Shown here one piece after another: positions 29,080 to 38,437 of a stretch of DNA of 64,000 nucleotides. The stretch covers positions 73,166-137,165 of the IMG/VR virus record IMGVR_UViG_3300032315_000774; one strand, written 5' to 3'. Position numbers and translations under genes: made by a program. Origin of the DNA: a virus. The notes under the pieces are model-generated. The model saw only the letters and a program-made list of their open reading frames with translations, ran no database searches and was not told where the DNA came from. Numbering within the stretch: the stretch's first letter is position 1; every line of letters begins with the position of its first letter.

Positions 29080-29519
29080 TGTGCACCTCCTAGCGCTGAA
29101 ATGAGCGCAGCTGTCCCTAGCGTCGTAGCTGCGACTCCAATCGCAAACCACAGGACAGGGCTAGACCAGACGCTATCGCGTTGCGCGCGAAGCTCAAGCG
29201 TCTCAGTTCGGTAAAGTTCCAGCATTTGTTGCTGGTTCTGCACGGTTACGGAACTCAGTGCAAGAGCCTTTGAGGAAGACTCCACGAGCGCAAGGGCATC
29301 CTTGCGTAGGTCTTCTGCGGCTGCGACAGCGCGTCGCGCCTGCGGCAGGCAGGTCTGCGTCACGAACAGCAGGCGCTCAGCTTGCTCGGTGGGGAAGAAG
29401 ACGCCCTGTGCACCTTGGATGGTCGTCGCACGCGGCGTGAGCGTCACGGACGGCGTGAGGCAGTCGTCGGCGAACGCAGCGCTACAAGCGCATGCCAGAG
29501 AAACGACGCTCGATCTCAT
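29076..29519 (-). CDS. Exported coiled-coil protein with C-terminal TM (spanin-like candidate)
   Basis: Signal-like 'MRSSVVSLACACSAAFA', a coiled coil, then 'PVLWFAIGVAATTLGTAALI'. Confidence 0.5.
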   Translation of the reverse strand: MRSSVVSLACACSAAFADDCLTPSVTLTPRATTIQGAQGVFFPTEQAERLLFVTQTCLPQARRAVAAAEDLRKDALALVESSSKALALSSVTVQNQQQMLELYRTETLELRAQRDSVWSSPVLWFAIGVAATTLGTAALISALGGAQ

Positions 29520-29805
29520 CAGCCGAAAGACCCAGACGTTCGTACGATGACTGCAGCTTCGCGCGCTCAGCTTCGAAGCGAGCTGCGCTCTCATGAAGTT
29601 GAGCAGAATCCACACGTGCGTCGGCAGCGGCACGCTCGTACTCGGCTCGGAGCTTGTCGAGGCGTTGCTTCGCCATGCCCTCGAAGCCGTCTGCAAGCAC
29701 GCGACGAGAGTCGTCACCACGACCCCGCGCAGCCAGCCACACGGCCACGACGATGGCGAGAACGAGCGCGCCGCCTGCGACAACAAAGCGCCAGGCATCA
29801 CGCAT
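29482..29805 (-). CDS. i-spanin-like protein (N-terminal TM plus coiled coil)
   Basis: 'MRDAWRFVVAGGALVLAIVVAVWLAA' followed by a heptad-rich region. Overlaps the next gene, as Rz does. Confidence 0.55.
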   Translation of the reverse strand: MRDAWRFVVAGGALVLAIVVAVWLAARGRGDDSRRVLADGFEGMAKQRLDKLRAEYERAAADARVDSAQLHESAARFEAERAKLQSSYERLGLSADEIERRFSGMRL

Positions 29806-30148
29806 GGTCCTGACCGCGCAGCTTCCGCCACGCGCCTCGCACGAGCTTGCCCAGCGTCTCCCAGCCGCCGACCGCAACGACACCGACCGAGAACCCCGTC
29901 ACGAGCATCGTCGACCACGACTCACCGCGCTGAAGCCCGAGCCCGATGGAGGTGAGCATCGACATGCCGATCGTCGCCCACGGCACGTACTCCGCAGGCA
30001 GCTTCGGCGCGAGCTGACGCGCGAACACCATGACCAGCGTGAGCGCGAGCCCGCTGACCATACGCCAGTCTCCGTCACGGAAGGCGTTGCTCAGCGTGCT
30101 CAGGATCGTTGGAAGTAGAGCGGGGTCCAAGAGCGCTGTCTCGTCCAT
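29798..30148 (-). CDS. Holin-like protein (about 3 TM helices)
   Basis: 116 aa with three hydrophobic segments and a basic C-terminus. GAGGAG RBS. Confidence 0.65.
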   Translation of the reverse strand: MDETALLDPALLPTILSTLSNAFRDGDWRMVSGLALTLVMVFARQLAPKLPAEYVPWATIGMSMLTSIGLGLQRGESWSTMLVTGFSVGVVAVGGWETLGKLVRGAWRKLRGQDHA

Positions 30149-30157
30149 GACGTCTCC

Positions 30158-30532
30158 TCACGCGCCTGGGTGCGCGATGCCGGTGAACACGAGACGAACG
30201 GTGGCGGCAGCACCACCACCGTTCGACACGAGCACACCGAACTGCGGTTGCGGAACTGGAAGAGCTGCAGGGTTCGAGGGCACCGTCTGCGGAACGCTTG
30301 GAAAGACGACCGCATCGTTGCTGTAGACGAGGTCAGCGGCCAGGCGTCCGGTCACCGTCGTCGATGAACCGAGCGCCTGGCCGTTGATCTGCGGAGCGAA
30401 GGTCGCGGTGACAGGCTGCTGCGATACGGCGAACACGGACATCTTCTCGACGCCTGCGCGAAGAGGAGGTTGCACGAGCTGGCTTGCGCTTGCAGCCAAC
30501 GTCACGGTCGCTTCGTATCGGTAGCCTTCCAT
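30158..30532 (-). CDS. Small beta-rich virion-like protein
   Basis: 124 aa ORF with GGAG RBS. Confidence 0.55.
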   Translation of the reverse strand: MEGYRYEATVTLAASASQLVQPPLRAGVEKMSVFAVSQQPVTATFAPQINGQALGSSTTVTGRLAADLVYSNDAVVFPSVPQTVPSNPAALPVPQPQFGVLVSNGGGAAATVRLVFTGIAHPGA

Positions 30533-30535
30533 GAC

Positions 30536-31471
30536 TCACTCCTTCGACTGCAGCTTCTTGTTCGCCCACGCCTTCACGGCGGCGTAGGAAGCGGTGTTGC
30601 GGATCTCTTCGAGCGACCGCGTCGACAGGTCGCCCAGCAGCTCGAACTTGCGCAGCGTGTCCTCTGCGCTCAGACGGTCGGGCACGCCCACGGCGGACTC
30701 CGCCAAGATCGTGGCCACGCGCGGGTGGATCGGCAGCGGCTGGATCTTCTCGTTCTTGACGTCACGAACCGTCGGGTCGCTCTGCGCGGCCTGACGACCG
30801 TCCGTCGACACGCCTGCGAGTTCGAGCGCGCTCTTCGGTGGAGAGAACACCACGTTGCCGTTCGCGTCGCGCTCGATCGGGCTCGTGCCTGCAGACTGCA
30901 GACGATCGCGACGACGCCGGTTCTCGGCGTCCTCGATCGCGGCCTCGATGTCGGGCGTGCCGTCGACGGTGACGAGCCCCTTCGAGACGGCACGATCACG
31001 ATAGAAGTCGGCGACTTCTGATTGCGTCATCATCTTCAGGATGCTGGGGCGACGACGCATCACGCGTGTGAAGTCGGTGCTCGCGACGAGCGCGTCGTAT
31101 GGGATGCGGTCCGTGAGACACACGGGCTCGGGGCCAGGTGGAACGGACTCGTACTCGAACTCTCCGCCTGGAAGGCGGACGGACAGCGACACGATCGTCT
31201 CTCCGAGGTTCATCACCCAGATGGTGCGCGTTGACTTGTGCTCTTCGGTGAGAAGTCCGCTGAACGGAGTGCGGATGGTGTCGCTGGTCATGTGCTCGGT
31301 CATTTTATCTTCTCCAGGGCGGAACGACGGCAGCTCGTTGACACCCTCGGGCATGTACAACACACCGTCGATCAACTTCGCGCGCTGATGCTTCAACGCG
31401 CGGCGTACGATCGCGGCGTGGACCGTCCCGAGTGTCACGCCTTCTGCGCTTCTGACCTCGACGTCGTTCAC
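30536..31471 (-). CDS. Hypothetical protein with N-terminal RRXRR/PLMP-like motif
   Basis: 'VEVRSAEGVTLGTVHAAIVRRALKHQRAKL' resembles the RRXRR consensus. Directly after the capsid gene. Confidence 0.55.
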   Translation of the reverse strand: MNDVEVRSAEGVTLGTVHAAIVRRALKHQRAKLIDGVLYMPEGVNELPSFRPGEDKMTEHMTSDTIRTPFSGLLTEEHKSTRTIWVMNLGETIVSLSVRLPGGEFEYESVPPGPEPVCLTDRIPYDALVASTDFTRVMRRRPSILKMMTQSEVADFYRDRAVSKGLVTVDGTPDIEAAIEDAENRRRRDRLQSAGTSPIERDANGNVVFSPPKSALELAGVSTDGRQAAQSDPTVRDVKNEKIQPLPIHPRVATILAESAVGVPDRLSAEDTLRKFELLGDLSTRSLEEIRNTASYAAVKAWANKKLQSKE

Positions 31472-31512
31472 GTTCGCCTCGGCTTTGCCGGTGAGGGGTG
31501 CATGTTACGAGG

Positions 31513-31547
31513 GAGCGGGCTGCCGTATGCACACCGGCAGCCCGCTC
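31513..31547 (-). terminator. 13-bp perfect hairpin downstream of the major capsid gene
   Basis: GAGCGGGCTGCCG / CGGCAGCCCGCTC arms with a 9-nt loop. No U-tract, so a terminator or an mRNA stabiliser. Confidence 0.55.
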
Positions 31548-31554
31548 ATCAGGA

Positions 31555-32847
31555 TCAGAGCTTCACGCCGCGTGCGACGCTGCGCGGGTTCCCGATGCCG
31601 AAGCCGACCATCTCCGCGAACGCCCAGCCCTTCTTGGTCTGGAAGTTGACGAACATGTTGAAGGGTTCGCTGAACAGCTCGATGCGGATGCCCATCTCGC
31701 CGAGGTACTCGGGAGCGGTCACCGCGTAGAAGGTCCCTGCCGGGATCACTTCTTCGACGCCCGTACCCGCTGCCGTCACGATCATCGCGTTGAGGAAGCT
31801 ACCGAAGTAGCCCGACACGATGAGTTCGCGCTCGGTGACCGGGTCGACCTGCGCCGACATCGTCTTGATGACGTCCGACAGCTCGAAGCGGCTGATGAGG
31901 AACTTCTCGACCACGAGGCGGTGACGCTCGACCTGCAGACGCACGTCTTCGAGCGGACCGACACCGAGGGTGCCGTAGCTGATCGTCGTGTTGACCGCCT
32001 GCGCTGCGGTGTCGAGGAGCGCCACGCCGCGCTTGTCTTCCTGCAGCTGGATCTCCTGCCGAGCCGTGTCCTGGCCGCGCGCCAGGATGTCGTAGTTCGA
32101 CTGGTAGATGTCCGTGATGTCGGCCGTGACGTAGCTGGTGATCTTGCCCTCGGGCGGCACGATCCAGCGACCCGTGACCTGCGACTCCAGACCCTGGCCG
32201 TCCTGACCCACGAAGAACGCCGCTGCGCGAACGTCCTTCTGGATGCGGAACTGCTCGTTCTGGCCGAGCGGACGGACACGCATGACCTTGCGGATCCAGC
32301 CCTCGTAGTCGATCAGGTCCTTGATCGGCTCCAGAAGCTCCTGACCGAGCACCTGGAACCCTTCGGTGTCACGCATCGCCTGCGCGACGATCTGCATGCG
32401 AGCTTCGGCGGTGCGCGCCATCTGCTCACGCGTCGCGCGACGCTTCAGCGTGTTGACGGCGTCGCCCTGCAGGAGCTGCGCTGCCTTCTGCAACGCCTCC
32501 TTCTGCGACGAGGCGTTGATCTGGCCACGTGCGTCGAACACGCGCTCGCGTGAGTCGAACGCTGCACGTGGGTTGAACGAGCCGCCCTGGTCGAAGTTCT
32601 GCTCGTCGGATGCCGAGCGGAAGTTCTGGATGACGTTCGCGGTGCGCTGACGCGCCTCCGCGAGCGCACGATCCTTCGGCGCGAGTCCCTTCGCCGCCGA
32701 GACGTTCAGCTGCTTGTCGCGCTGTGCCGCAGCGGCCTGCGACATGCCGCGCTGCTTCACGTCCATGTTCGGCTCGGGCATCGATGCAGGTGCGCTGCCT
32801 GCGCCCTTGTTCGCCATCAGCTGGCGGTAGCGGGTGAGTGTCGTCAT
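31555..32847 (-). CDS. Major capsid protein (HK97 fold)
   Basis: 430 aa with 'LLEPIKDLIDYEGWIRKVM...ARQEIQLQEDKR...GWAFAEMVGFGIGNPRSVA'. Strong AGGAG RBS and high-expression codon use. Follows the protease and decoration genes. Confidence 0.88.
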   Translation of the reverse strand: MTTLTRYRQLMANKGAGSAPASMPEPNMDVKQRGMSQAAAAQRDKQLNVSAAKGLAPKDRALAEARQRTANVIQNFRSASDEQNFDQGGSFNPRAAFDSRERVFDARGQINASSQKEALQKAAQLLQGDAVNTLKRRATREQMARTAEARMQIVAQAMRDTEGFQVLGQELLEPIKDLIDYEGWIRKVMRVRPLGQNEQFRIQKDVRAAAFFVGQDGQGLESQVTGRWIVPPEGKITSYVTADITDIYQSNYDILARGQDTARQEIQLQEDKRGVALLDTAAQAVNTTISYGTLGVGPLEDVRLQVERHRLVVEKFLISRFELSDVIKTMSAQVDPVTERELIVSGYFGSFLNAMIVTAAGTGVEEVIPAGTFYAVTAPEYLGEMGIRIELFSEPFNMFVNFQTKKGWAFAEMVGFGIGNPRSVARGVKL

Positions 32848-32882
32848 GTTCTTCTGTCTCCTGTACGTCCGTCAGTTGCTCA

Positions 32883-33650
32883 TCAGATGGTCGGGTTGCC
32901 GCCCATGACGATGCCCATCCACGAGAAGCTCGCGGTCGGCAGCTGCGTCACGCGACCCACGAACTCGGCACCACCACCGCTGATGTTCGAGAACTGACCT
33001 TCCGCGTTGCAGTACAGCGCCTGGTTCATCGTGTACGTCAGGCCGCCCGTCGCGATGGCTTGGCCGGTCGCGTACTCGATCGTGAAGATCTTCGCCCAGT
33101 CCACGATCACGTTGATCTGACCGAACGCGAACGCCGCGTAGTCGGCAGGCTGCTGCTGGAACAGACGCCCGTCGAAGAGGAAGTCGGCCTCGGTCAGCTG
33201 GAAGGTGAACGTCACGTACACCGTTGCGCCGTCGGGGATCGACGAGCCACCCGCGCGAGCGATCGTGCCGTTCGTCGCGTTGATGGTGTAGTCCGCCGCT
33301 GCGTACAGCGTGCCGCCGTAGTTCGGCAGCGAGCGCACGCTGACGTTCGACACGAGCGGACGCGGAAGCGACGACGCCGTGGTGCCGACGAGCACGACGG
33401 GCGCGTCGACGCGCACGCTGTTGCCGTACAGCACCTTGCCGTACTTCGCGACGCCGTAGACACCGTTGAGGTTCGCCGGGATGAGGTAGTTCGATGCGTT
33501 CTTCGACACGAGCTGGCCGGGGCGGATCACTGCGGCGGGGTCCGCCACGCAGGTGCCGTCGGTGCGCGTGATCGAGCACTGCTCCAGCTTCAGACCCTTC
33601 GGGAAGATCTGACCCTGGAAGCTCAGCAGTGTTGGGTTCAAAGTCGTCAT
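32883..33650 (-). CDS. Capsid decoration/cement protein
   Basis: Between scaffold and capsid genes. 'IRPGQLV...LYCNAEGQF...VGRVTQLP' is a beta-tulip-like pattern. AAGGAG RBS. Confidence 0.65.
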   Translation of the reverse strand: MTTLNPTLLSFQGQIFPKGLKLEQCSITRTDGTCVADPAAVIRPGQLVSKNASNYLIPANLNGVYGVAKYGKVLYGNSVRVDAPVVLVGTTASSLPRPLVSNVSVRSLPNYGGTLYAAADYTINATNGTIARAGGSSIPDGATVYVTFTFQLTEADFLFDGRLFQQQPADYAAFAFGQINVIVDWAKIFTIEYATGQAIATGGLTYTMNQALYCNAEGQFSNISGGGAEFVGRVTQLPTASFSWMGIVMGGNPTI

Positions 33651-33671
33651 GCTCTGCTCTCCTTCGATGCG

Positions 33672-36077
33672 TCAGCGGACGAGCTGATCTCGCAGCTTCG
33701 CTGTCCGCGTGTTGGTGACCGCCGCTCTGAGAGAGCCGCCGCGATCGAATGTCGACGCCGGTGTCGGCGCGAACATCAGGTTGCCTTCGACAGCTGCCTG
33801 ACGCAGCGCCAAGTTCGCCGGGGTCGAGAACTCACCGAGCGACGCCGCCATCACGATCGGAGCCGCGACGCGTTCCGCACGGCGGCCCATGTCCTTCTCC
33901 AGATCGTTGATGTACTCGGCGCTTCGGCTCGCGAGGTGCCGCGTCTCGGTTTCGAGCTGCGCGACGAAGTCGGTGAGACCCACGTCGACCGCTTCGTGTG
34001 CGAGGCGTGCAGCCAGCTGCTCGTTCATGCCGCGATACGACACCGGCTCGGCGGTGATCGGATCGTCGTTCAGCACGCGTGCTTCGATGAGCGATGCCAT
34101 GACCGCTGACTGCAACGTCTCGTTCGAGACGCGCTTCGCGGCGATGCGGAGCAGGCGGAAGCACGACGCCAGAGCGTCCTTCTCAGCTGCCACCTTCGCC
34201 CGCTGCAGCTCGACTTCGGCCTTGCGTGCGCGCTCTTCGGCTGCGGCGATCTTCGCCTCCGCCAGCTTCTCGATGCGTGCTGCCGCACGGTCCGTTACGC
34301 CGCCGTCGTTCACGCGGTCCTTCACCGTGCGCTTCTCGGGGCGCTCCGTCTGCGCCATGTCGCCGCCGTCGAGCACGCTCTTCGGTGGAGGCTGACGCTC
34401 TGCGAAGTCGTGCGCGCCGCCATCGGCGACGTCCTTCGTCGGCTTGTCGCGCATCGGCCCGTCGGTCTCTCCACCGTCGGCCACGCTCTTCGCCTTCTCG
34501 GGCTTCCGCGCAGGACCATCGGTCTGCACGTCGTCGAGGACCGAGTTCACGCGCTCGTGGTCGTCGTGACCGACCATGTCGTTGAGGCCGCCGCTCGACA
34601 CCTGCGCGAGGCGTGGCGACCAGAGACCCTTGAACTTCGCAGCTGTGGCCACGAGTCCGTCCGCGAACACCGAAGCGAGGACTTCGCGAGCGTACTCGCG
34701 AGGCTGCTTCGTCGCGTGCGCCTTGATGAGCAAGATCGGTGTGCTGTTCCGATCGAGCACGCGAAGGTTCCCGTGCGTGGAGCCCTGGACCGCGAAGCCC
34801 TTGTAGGTCTCCTTCCATGCGGCCTGCTTGCTCGCGCCTGGTGGCGACGGCATCAGGCCCATGTTGTCGAGCTGCATCTGCTCGGGCGGAACACCAGGTG
34901 CAGGTGTGGGTGCAGGTGCAGGCGGTTCACCGGGTGCAGGCGGAGCACCTGCCGGTGCTTCCGGCACCTGGGACGTGGGTGCGCTCGGTGTCTCGTTCGG
35001 TGAGGGCACGATCGTGATCGGTGGGTCGCCAGGCGACACCTGAAGGTCGACCGCCTCCTTGGCCTTGGGCGCGGCGGTGCGCGACTTGACGCTGTTCAAA
35101 AGAGCCTCCGTCTCTGCAGCGAGTTCCGCTGCTGTCGGTGTGTGAGAGGCGATGACTTCGATCGATCTCGCCTTCGGATCTGCGGGCACATCCACACGCG
35201 ACAGCTCTTCGAACGTCACGTTGTTGCAGGACTCGAACGCCTTGCGAACTTCGAAGCCGTCTTCAGCACGCACACGCATGAAGTCCTGCGCGACGTACTT
35301 CAGCCCGCGACTCTCCAGCTCGTGCTGGACAGCGGCCTCGTTGATGCGCGCCCACTGACCGTTCTTCGATGTCCAGTACGAGCCCTTCGCGCTGCGGATG
35401 TGAGGACAGAACTCAGCGCGCGTATACGCGACGTGGTCGCAGACGTTGCACGTCGTCGACTCGCAGTTACAGCCCATCGACGCTGTGACCAGGATGCCCT
35501 GCTCGACAGCTTCGGCGAACCGCTTGTCCTTCTTCTTGTCGATGCCGACGAGCGCTTCGACGAACTCGTCTTTGACCAGCGTTCCGCACTTCTTGCAGTG
35601 CAGGCCCGTGCGATCACGATCTGCACGATCACCAGTCGGTGACTGGCACGTCGGACACTCTGCCATCGCAGGCGTCTCGGCGTTGTAGTGCACGGCGAGG
35701 ATGACGCCACGTGCCGCACGCGGGTTGCTCGCGCGATGCTGGATATGGTGTGGCTTCTCTTCGTACGTGCGGTAGACCGGCTTGCCGATCAACGTCGAGA
35801 ACTTCAGCAGCTCATCGACGTGGAACGCGTCGTTGTTGTCATTCGGAGCGTTCGTCGTGTTCGCACGGATCGCCTCGAAGAAGTAGTCGCTCGGCTCGGC
35901 GCTGATCGCGTAGGTCTCGGCGACCTTCGACAAAATCGCCTGCACGTCGATGACGCGAGCACCATCCGTCAAGAAGTGGCTGGCGGACTTCGTCTGCTTC
36001 GACGCGACGCGAAGCTGACCTTCCTGCGTCTCGGCCGTCGCCAAGACCGACACACGCGCTTGGCGGTAGAAGGTCAT
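33672..36077 (-). CDS. Prohead maturation protease fused to scaffold
   Basis: 'PNDNNDAF...KPHHIQH...ARGVIL...SMGC...CNVC...CPHI...FEELSRVDVPADPKA' is an assemblin-type protease pattern, followed by a Pro-rich linker and a coiled coil. Confidence 0.8.
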   Translation of the reverse strand: MTFYRQARVSVLATAETQEGQLRVASKQTKSASHFLTDGARVIDVQAILSKVAETYAISAEPSDYFFEAIRANTTNAPNDNNDAFHVDELLKFSTLIGKPVYRTYEEKPHHIQHRASNPRAARGVILAVHYNAETPAMAECPTCQSPTGDRADRDRTGLHCKKCGTLVKDEFVEALVGIDKKKDKRFAEAVEQGILVTASMGCNCESTTCNVCDHVAYTRAEFCPHIRSAKGSYWTSKNGQWARINEAAVQHELESRGLKYVAQDFMRVRAEDGFEVRKAFESCNNVTFEELSRVDVPADPKARSIEVIASHTPTAAELAAETEALLNSVKSRTAAPKAKEAVDLQVSPGDPPITIVPSPNETPSAPTSQVPEAPAGAPPAPGEPPAPAPTPAPGVPPEQMQLDNMGLMPSPPGASKQAAWKETYKGFAVQGSTHGNLRVLDRNSTPILLIKAHATKQPREYAREVLASVFADGLVATAAKFKGLWSPRLAQVSSGGLNDMVGHDDHERVNSVLDDVQTDGPARKPEKAKSVADGGETDGPMRDKPTKDVADGGAHDFAERQPPPKSVLDGGDMAQTERPEKRTVKDRVNDGGVTDRAAARIEKLAEAKIAAAEERARKAEVELQRAKVAAEKDALASCFRLLRIAAKRVSNETLQSAVMASLIEARVLNDDPITAEPVSYRGMNEQLAARLAHEAVDVGLTDFVAQLETETRHLASRSAEYINDLEKDMGRRAERVAAPIVMAASLGEFSTPANLALRQAAVEGNLMFAPTPASTFDRGGSLRAAVTNTRTAKLRDQLVR

Positions 36078-36176
36078 GCGACCCTCTTCGGCGACGCGGG
36101 CGGCTGCGGCGCAGGAGCAGGTGACGGCGATGGAGGCAGCTGTACGCTACCGAGCGGTGTCGCCTTGCCGTTCTTC

Positions 36177-36207
36177 GAAAAGCCCACGCTCTAGTGTGAG
36201 CGCGGGC
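36177..36207 (-). terminator. Intrinsic terminator after the portal gene
   Basis: Minus strand GCCCGCGCTC-ACACTA-GAGCGTGGGC-TTTT, starting 8 nt after the portal stop. Confidence 0.75.
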
Positions 36208-36214
36208 GTGCAGT

Positions 36215-38434
36215 TCATCCCCGCACCCAGTCGTCGTCGCGGTCAGACCCTAGGTTTTCGGGAACTTGCTGCGATTGCGCGGGCTTAGCTTGTTCGTTTT
36301 TCAGCGTGCGCTGAAGTTGTCGCACATCTCGTGGTGGCATCCCACGCAGCAAGAGCCAGTCGGTGACCTCTTCGGTCGCAGCGTCAGCATCACCGAGCGC
36401 ACGGAGGGCACGGAGCGCGTGCTTCGAGCCCTTCTTCGCGTCTCGCTGCCATTCGGCCACCATGTCGCTCCAGATCGGCGTGGACGGCTTGTAGCCCTCC
36501 AGGACGCGCCGTAGGTCGTCGACGGTCTCGGCAGGCCACGAGGGTGGGGTCGAGCCGCCGTGAGGCGCTGACGCCCCTTCTGCCGCTTCTGGTGGCGGCC
36601 CGGGTGGCGCCTCTTCGGGAGGCGGTCCGCCTTCATCGGGCATAGGCACCTCGCCACCGCCACCACCGTCCGTGAGGTTCGACGGAAGCGGTGGAAGCAT
36701 GCCCATGCCACCGCCACCACCGCCACCGCCTTCGCCTCCACCGCTGAGCATGGCCGCGAGCTGTGGGTTGGCCTGCAGCACCTGTTGGAGCTTCTTCGAG
36801 TCCTGCGCGGCCTGTGCGAGTTCCTTCTCGAAGGAGCGGTTCGCGAGCGACATCTTGGTGGTCGGCGAGAACTTGATCGGCAAGTTGCGCTCCAGAGTCT
36901 CGACTGCGTTGATCGTCGACGCATCGATGCTCGGGTCGAGCGGGTCTTTCCACTCGATGCGCGGCACGATGTAGCGACGGCTCTCGTCGAGTTCACGCTG
37001 CGAGCGCTTCACGCGCACGCCATGCGCCAGCTCGGCCTCGGTCGGCTTGATGAAGCCACGGAGCTGCGAGATCTGCCGAAAGAACTTCGGGAGCAGCCAC
37101 TGATTCTCGAACATCGAACGCAGCGTGCGCAGCTTCTTCAAGAACACCTGAAGGCCAGACTGCGCGCTCGCGTACGTGACTTCGCCCCACAGAAACGCCT
37201 TCGAAATGCCCATCGCCATCAGCTTCCGCTGGAGCAGGTACTCGGCGCTCTGGTCGACCTTCCACGCACGCTCTTGTGAGCCGACGAGGTCGAAGTTGAT
37301 CGCGTAGTGGAAGACGAACCACGAGACCGGGTCCATCTCCGTGTTGACGAGCATGTCGAGGACACGCTCTTCTTGTTCGGGTCCAGGAATCCAACCCGTC
37401 GCCGCGTCACCGAGCTTCGCGACCTTGACAGGGGCACCTGCTCGACGAGACACAGCGATGCTGGTCGTGTACTGCGAGTCCTCGTACATGAAGTCACGCC
37501 ACATGCGCGACATGATCGACGTGCCGCGTGTGTCGTTCGGCTGCATACGCCGCGCGATGAACGAGCAGTTGATCGGGCTCAGCGGGATGTTCTGGCCTGA
37601 CGACAGCGCTTGCTGAACGACCGCAGGGATCATCTCGCGTGCCCGCTGTGCGTACGGGTTCGTCGACGTCATGATCTGACGGATCTTGTCGTCGGGACGG
37701 AACTCGATGATGGGCTCCATCTGGAGGAACGGCGAGTACACCACCTCCAGCTGGTTTGGGTTGTGGAGCGCGAGATGCGTCCAGATGCCCAGATTGTCGT
37801 CCCAGAACGTGTGAGGCGCGACCTCGCCGACGACCATGTACTCCTTCGGCATGTACGGCAGGTGCACCAGGAGCTGCGTCGCCTCGACCGAGTCCTCGAA
37901 CGCTTGCTTGACTTCTCCGTCTACACCTTCACCCGTCAGCTGGAACTCGCTGAAGACGAGGTCAGCGATCGTGTCGATGCCTGCACCGACGATCGGGTCG
38001 AGCTTGTAGAACATGCGCCAGTAGATGTTGGCGAGGTTGTGGTGCACCGGATAGTTCTGACGGTCCGGTGAGTCGAACTCGGGCATGTACGGGCGCTGCG
38101 GTGAAGTCGCTGTACCGAGGCTCGCCATGCCTGAGTTCGTGGCGAGCGGGTTCGCTGTGCGTGCCTTGAAGTCCGTGGCCTGCTTCGCCTGTGCGAATCC
38201 TGAACCTGCACCAGGTCCCAGCGACATGTTCGGCGGCATGATGCCGTCGAAGAACTTGTCGACGCGTGTGACAGGCGTGCCGACACGTCGTGCGCCCCAC
38301 GAGTCGAAGCGCTGATGCATCATCTCGATCTGTTGAGGATACAAGCTGTGCGGCATCGACTCGGATACAGCGCGTGCACGAGATGCTGCTTCGCGCGGGT
38401 TCATGTACTTGGGGCCAGGTCCGAAGATCGTCAT
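36215..38434 (-). CDS. Portal protein
   Basis: 739 aa with 'FYKLDPIVGAGID...YMVVGEV...RGTSIMSR...MGISKAFLWGEVTYASA'. Between TerL and protease genes. Gly/Pro-rich C-terminus. Confidence 0.85.
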   Translation of the reverse strand: MTIFGPGPKYMNPREAASRARAVSESMPHSLYPQQIEMMHQRFDSWGARRVGTPVTRVDKFFDGIMPPNMSLGPGAGSGFAQAKQATDFKARTANPLATNSGMASLGTATSPQRPYMPEFDSPDRQNYPVHHNLANIYWRMFYKLDPIVGAGIDTIADLVFSEFQLTGEGVDGEVKQAFEDSVEATQLLVHLPYMPKEYMVVGEVAPHTFWDDNLGIWTHLALHNPNQLEVVYSPFLQMEPIIEFRPDDKIRQIMTSTNPYAQRAREMIPAVVQQALSSGQNIPLSPINCSFIARRMQPNDTRGTSIMSRMWRDFMYEDSQYTTSIAVSRRAGAPVKVAKLGDAATGWIPGPEQEERVLDMLVNTEMDPVSWFVFHYAINFDLVGSQERAWKVDQSAEYLLQRKLMAMGISKAFLWGEVTYASAQSGLQVFLKKLRTLRSMFENQWLLPKFFRQISQLRGFIKPTEAELAHGVRVKRSQRELDESRRYIVPRIEWKDPLDPSIDASTINAVETLERNLPIKFSPTTKMSLANRSFEKELAQAAQDSKKLQQVLQANPQLAAMLSGGGEGGGGGGGGMGMLPPLPSNLTDGGGGGEVPMPDEGGPPPEEAPPGPPPEAAEGASAPHGGSTPPSWPAETVDDLRRVLEGYKPSTPIWSDMVAEWQRDAKKGSKHALRALRALGDADAATEEVTDWLLLRGMPPRDVRQLQRTLKNEQAKPAQSQQVPENLGSDRDDDWVRG

Positions 38435-38437
38435 CTG

